Source of the DNA: Orbicella franksi
Taxonomy: Eukaryota
Assembly (NCBI GenBank): GCA_964199315.1
Contig: OZ116708.1
Span: 27,342,001 to 27,406,000, forward strand
Reading direction: 5' to 3'
Length of the DNA: 64,000 nucleotides
Positions 59,352-64,000 of the stretch are shown piece after piece; the first letter of the stretch is position 1, and every line of letters starts with the position of its first letter. The position numbers and the translations under genes were made by a program. Below the pieces are notes generated by a model that was given only the letters and a program-made list of their open reading frames with translations, did no database searches and was not told the origin of the DNA.

Positions 59352-62300
59352 ATGGGAGAAGCTTATCACCGACCAGACCAGAAAACGCTCCAAGCTTTGA
59401 AAGATATGGCTAGCAAGCTTCGAATTCATAGCATCGAATCCACGAATACGGCTGGCTCTGGGTAAATGCATTGAAATATGAAATTCAGATTGACTGAACA
59501 AATACTGTAGGCTTCACTTTGAGCCAGTTTTTTCACTCGATTTTTTCTTTGCAGACATCCAACTTCATGCTGCTCTATTGCGGAAATAATGTCGGTTCTG
59601 TTTTTCCACACAATGCGCTATAAAGGTGAGTTGCAAAGACGTTTCGCAATCAGCTGAAAGTCTCGTAAATTTGCACGGCAGTGTTACATATCTCAGAGTC
59701 TCGTCTCGATATTGCTACATTGTTGAACACATTTTCAAGCCGTGATAATGTGCATCAGCTATAACTTCGGCTGAAAGCTGTATTATAGTAATAATACAGA
59801 AAAAGTCACGTTTAATATGTTTGTTTATTCACACTATAAGCTCATGTTGGTGCGGAGTTTCAATGTGCGTGAGTATTTTGCACAGTCATTGTAGTGGAAA
59901 GAGGAATTTTAAACTCTTGAATATTTTGATCTCAGCCTTTGTTTCGGCCGATTTCAAATTTTCCGTCTTTAACTATTTAAAGGTACTGTGCTCGTCAAAA
60001 ATTAATTGCTCAATCAATTGTTTAGAGTTTCAATCGAGGTAATGATAAAGAAAAAAATATTAAACTGTGTGCTTAGACTGAATACCTGCTTGAATTTTAA
60101 GCAGAGTATTTGAAATTTTAAGTTTACATGTAAGCTGAATAGTAAAACATGTAGTTATGAGAACACTTAAAGTATAGTTTAAATTTAGTTATATTTGTTG
60201 ACTGAGTACAGCAAAAATAAAAATTCCAGAATGTACTATCCAGTAGTCATGACAACATTTAAAACTGTTGGGATTTTAGTGATGAGTGATGTAAAATGTG
60301 AGCTAAACTTATAATAAGGAATGTTATTCTCCTTACTTTAATCAGAGGAACAATGACTTACAACAACAACAAAAGTTTAAAACACTGATTGGCAGTTCAT
60401 TTCAGTCTATAAATTGTTAGGTGCAACAGGAAAATCAGTGTTACTTGCCAAATGGATTAATGTCATATCCTTGCAAATACAATTAAATGAAGATGTGGCA
60501 GCCAGTAGAACAAACAAAAGAAGCTAACTAGAAAGTGCTATTTACATCCACCAACTTGGAGGTGATGATACCACACTGGAAACTAAACGTTAAATACCTT
60601 GGATGACATTTTGTGGTGGGTGGTTGATAGGGGTTTTATTTACAATATTTTGCTGACAGTAAATTTGGGACTTTGATAACTGGCCGCTTAATAAGGAGTG
60701 GCTGCTTAATAGGCGGTCGCTTAATAGAGGTTCAACTGTATCAATGTATTTGCAAAGTTGGCCACATAAATTTCTTTTCTTTGAAATATTTTAAAGAAGA
60801 GGGATTTCTGTCATCAACTTTTGTCAAAAAAACAGGGAATGCAATGAAATGAGTAGTAACAATAATAAATAACAATAAATAGTCTTCATTGGTTTGTGCA
60901 AGTTGTTAACTTTGACCTCTCTACTTAAATTTTGTTAAATATCAAATGGAACCAACCAAGAGGCTGTGCAGATGAAGCTGCAAAAAGCTATCTAATCATT
61001 TGTGAAAGTGGCAACCATCTGTATGCATATGGCATGTGTTACTCAAAATATTGTGCTAAATTTATACTGCACTTTTAAGGTAGTACTTGGCAATCACTTC
61101 ATTAAGTGATGTTAGGATAGAAACTTGCTCACTTGATTTGAAGATAAATGATGGCTCCATTTTATTTCCTATAATTGACAAATTCTATAAAGTACACCTA
61201 AAAGAGCATAAAAACCGTTTGCCAATATTTATATTACATGTAGTAACTTTGAGCTGTTGTGCATGAGGAACTGATTACGTGTTGAATATTCATTTTAAAA
61301 ACAAGTAGTTTAGAGAGCCATTGTTGTTTGAATCCACTTAAGTCATGCAATCTTTGGGCCTGTTTATTTAGAAGTGTGGTGGCCTTCCTTTACGAATTTT
61401 CCTTGTAGAAGGGCTAAATGGCATAGCTCCTTGTAATTTTACTGTTCAGAGTTAAAAACGAGTAATTGATAACTAATTACTGAAGCATGTCAACGTGTAG
61501 AGAAACAATAGAGTTATATCTACATTATACATGTTTATTTTGCCTCATCAAGAGAGGTTGTTTACCCGAGTGTAAATACTGTGGAACCCCGTTAATCTGG
61601 TCACCAACGGGCCACAAAAATCTGTCTGTAAAGGGGAAAATGACTGACTGAGCTTTTTTTGGGCCAGAATAAAGTGGCCGTAATAATGAGGTGACCGTAT
61701 TATCGGGTTGGTCGTAGGGCAGGGTTTCACTGTAATATTGTCAATTTCCAGTTTCACCATACATTCTGGTGTGAGATCATCAGTAGGTTAGGATTAATTT
61801 CATTCAATATGTTTTGATAATGATGAGATGCCTTTTTTTCAGTGTCCAATCCAAGGGATGCTTCAAGTGACAGATTCATCTTGTCAAAGGTGGGTAGATG
61901 ATTCTGTTGAACTTTATCACACCTCATTCTGTGACCAACTAAACAATTGCATATTATACCCTCCTTAAGCTTTGAGATATATCAATAAAATATGAACACA
62001 TTCAAGTACATTCTAATCATGAACTAATGGTATGACCCTCTTTGCACGTAGTGGAACTCCATCAATTTAACAGTGAGAGTGGTTATGTAAGCTAAATAAT
62101 GTACTAGATAGAGTGATGGATAATCTTGTGGCCTCTTTACCATCAACTCCTGGATAGCTAGTCAACCCTTCAGTACATTACAGGATGCCCATAATCAACA
62201 AGATCATTGTCAGCTAGAACGTAAAAATATGCTAGGGTGCTTGTTAACAGTTATCGTTCTGCAATATTATCTCCAGGGACATGCGGCTCCAATTCTGTAT

Positions 62301-63015
62301 GCAGTGTGGGCAGAGGCTGGTTTGTTTCCAGTGGAGGACCTGGCCAAACTTCGCACAATTGACTCTGATTTGGAGGGTCACCCAACTCCTGTGAGTGCCT
62401 TTTATTTGTTTTGTTGTGGGTAACTTAATAGTCATAGACGGAACAATTTTTCTTGACAATTTTGTTCAAGAGGGGAAAGGTGTAATGAGGTTAACCCTAT
62501 ATGATCGTTGTAGTAATAACCCTTTGATGTTACAGTGTTAGTTTTCCTTTGTCATTTCCAAAACTATTCACAGAGATACCAACTCAAAAAAATCGCAAAG
62601 TAGGAGATTATTGATTTTGCTTCTTCTTCACCCCCAAATAACGTAGGACGTAATTGAGTTTTGCTGATTCAACCACATAAATAACAGGGTCAAATATCCC
62701 TTAAAATGTCCGAAAATCGGCCAAAATAAGTGTGAAAATATGTACTTTAAACCCCACCATTCATATTCAAAGATTCACTGACCCATACTGGTCTGTATTT
62801 GGTGACTCCCAGATAATTTGGGAGAGTTGCCATAGGTGTATTCATTATGCACCATAGAATTACGAAAAATAAACTAAGGTTCTTTGAAATGTCAAGTATT
62901 CTGCTTTTTTTCTATAGCGTCTAAGCTTCGTTGACTTTGCAACTGGTTCGCTTGGACAAGGCTTGAGCTGCTCTGCCGGCATGGCTTACGCTGGCAAGTA
63001 CTTCGACAAAGCAAG
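59352..63015 (+). CDS. TKT: Transketolase, 5' part (first 5 coding exons; gene continues beyond the window)
   Basis: Exons: 59352-59461, 59555-59625, 61843-61889, 62277-62390, 62918-63015. Translation: [60 protein letters not shown]...[22 protein letters not shown]...[40 protein letters not shown], the animal-type TKT N-terminus. Confidence 0.95.
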
Positions 63016-64000
63016 GTGAATGTTTATTTAATTACAGCACTAAGTTTGAAGATGGGAAAATTATATCAGCTGTATACAGGTCTTCTGTCTAGATGAAATT
63101 ATACTTCCAGTTTGAAATTGGTGAGTGCTGAGCTGTGTAGAGGAAATAGTGCATAAGTGCACCATGCCTAATGTGTGTCCTGTCTCTAATAACTACCCTT
63201 CCTGGAGTCAATACTTCACTAATAACATAAATCCTCAAATTAGTGCCCAGGGTGCTTATTTCAAATTTAGGAGAAGATGGGGATGCTTAATCAAGGAGGG
63301 GCACTTATTTAATTTTCCCAAAATCATGGCCTGACATCATCATCTTTTAAATACATCATTTGCATGAAACAAGATAAGCTGTTTATCAACATAAAAAGCT
63401 GATCCTAAAGTTTAAATTGTGGCACTGTGAGTACTTGTAATTTTTTTCTAAACTTGATGTCTTCACAAACTGAAACAAGAAATTGTAGGATGCAACTTAG
63501 AAAAAAAGAACTGGTGTTTCCTGTATTGTAAAAATGTAAATTACTAATGACTGTGTAAAAAAAGGCTGGATGAAAGTGAAACTATGCATCCTTTGTTGTC
63601 TAATTACTTGTCCACAAAACGGGGGGAGGGGAGGGGGGTGCGCTCTTATTTTAAATTTTGGCTGATAGGAGGGGCGCTTATTCGAAGGTTATAAATTGGC
63701 CAGAAATCTTTCTTTACCATGCCATTCAGTTATATGCAACCACTGCTGCCTTGCTCTACGATATAAACCCAACTGAAGGCTACTTTGCATTCATTTGTTT
63801 ACAATACTAAAGTAGCTGTATTTAGTATGGGAAATAGTGTAACTGTATAAGTATTGTAAGTATTGTAGAGTAGATGCATTAGTATCGAAAACAATGTAAA
63901 GTAGGTTTATATTAAGTATTTCAAGTAATGTAAAGTAACTGTGTTGTATTCTAAGTTGTGTAAGTAGATGTATAAATTTGTAATGCTAGTTAGTACATAA

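Overview
Eukaryotic genomic DNA, most likely a stony coral or other anthozoan (inferred from the repeat families and gene structure). It holds three co-oriented, intron-rich + strand genes, reconstructed by hand from GT-AG sites and reading-frame continuity. (1) Filamin, 20 coding exons, 1048-30994, about 3110 aa, or about 2930 aa from the Met at 9374. (2) CAPS/CADPS, 27 coding exons, 32928-55230, about 1261 aa. (3) The first 5 exons of transketolase, from 59352 and running out of the window. Introns and spacers carry MITEs, SINE/LINE/Penelope remnants and minisatellites, and there is one 315-nt N gap. Most notable: a filamin with 28 Ig repeats, including seven tandem Ig18-type domains in one 2-kb exon; a 176-codon upstream exon that adds a phospho-motif-rich N-terminus; the tight FLN-CADPS-TKT cluster, which mirrors the human 3p/7q/Xq28 paralogous regions; an intact-looking Penelope-type hammerhead ribozyme; and a 3.6-kb TIR element with inverted tandem-repeat arms filling CADPS intron 4. 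No prokaryote-type system (CRISPR, operon) is present. I cannot establish from sequence alone that any of these is previously undescribed.
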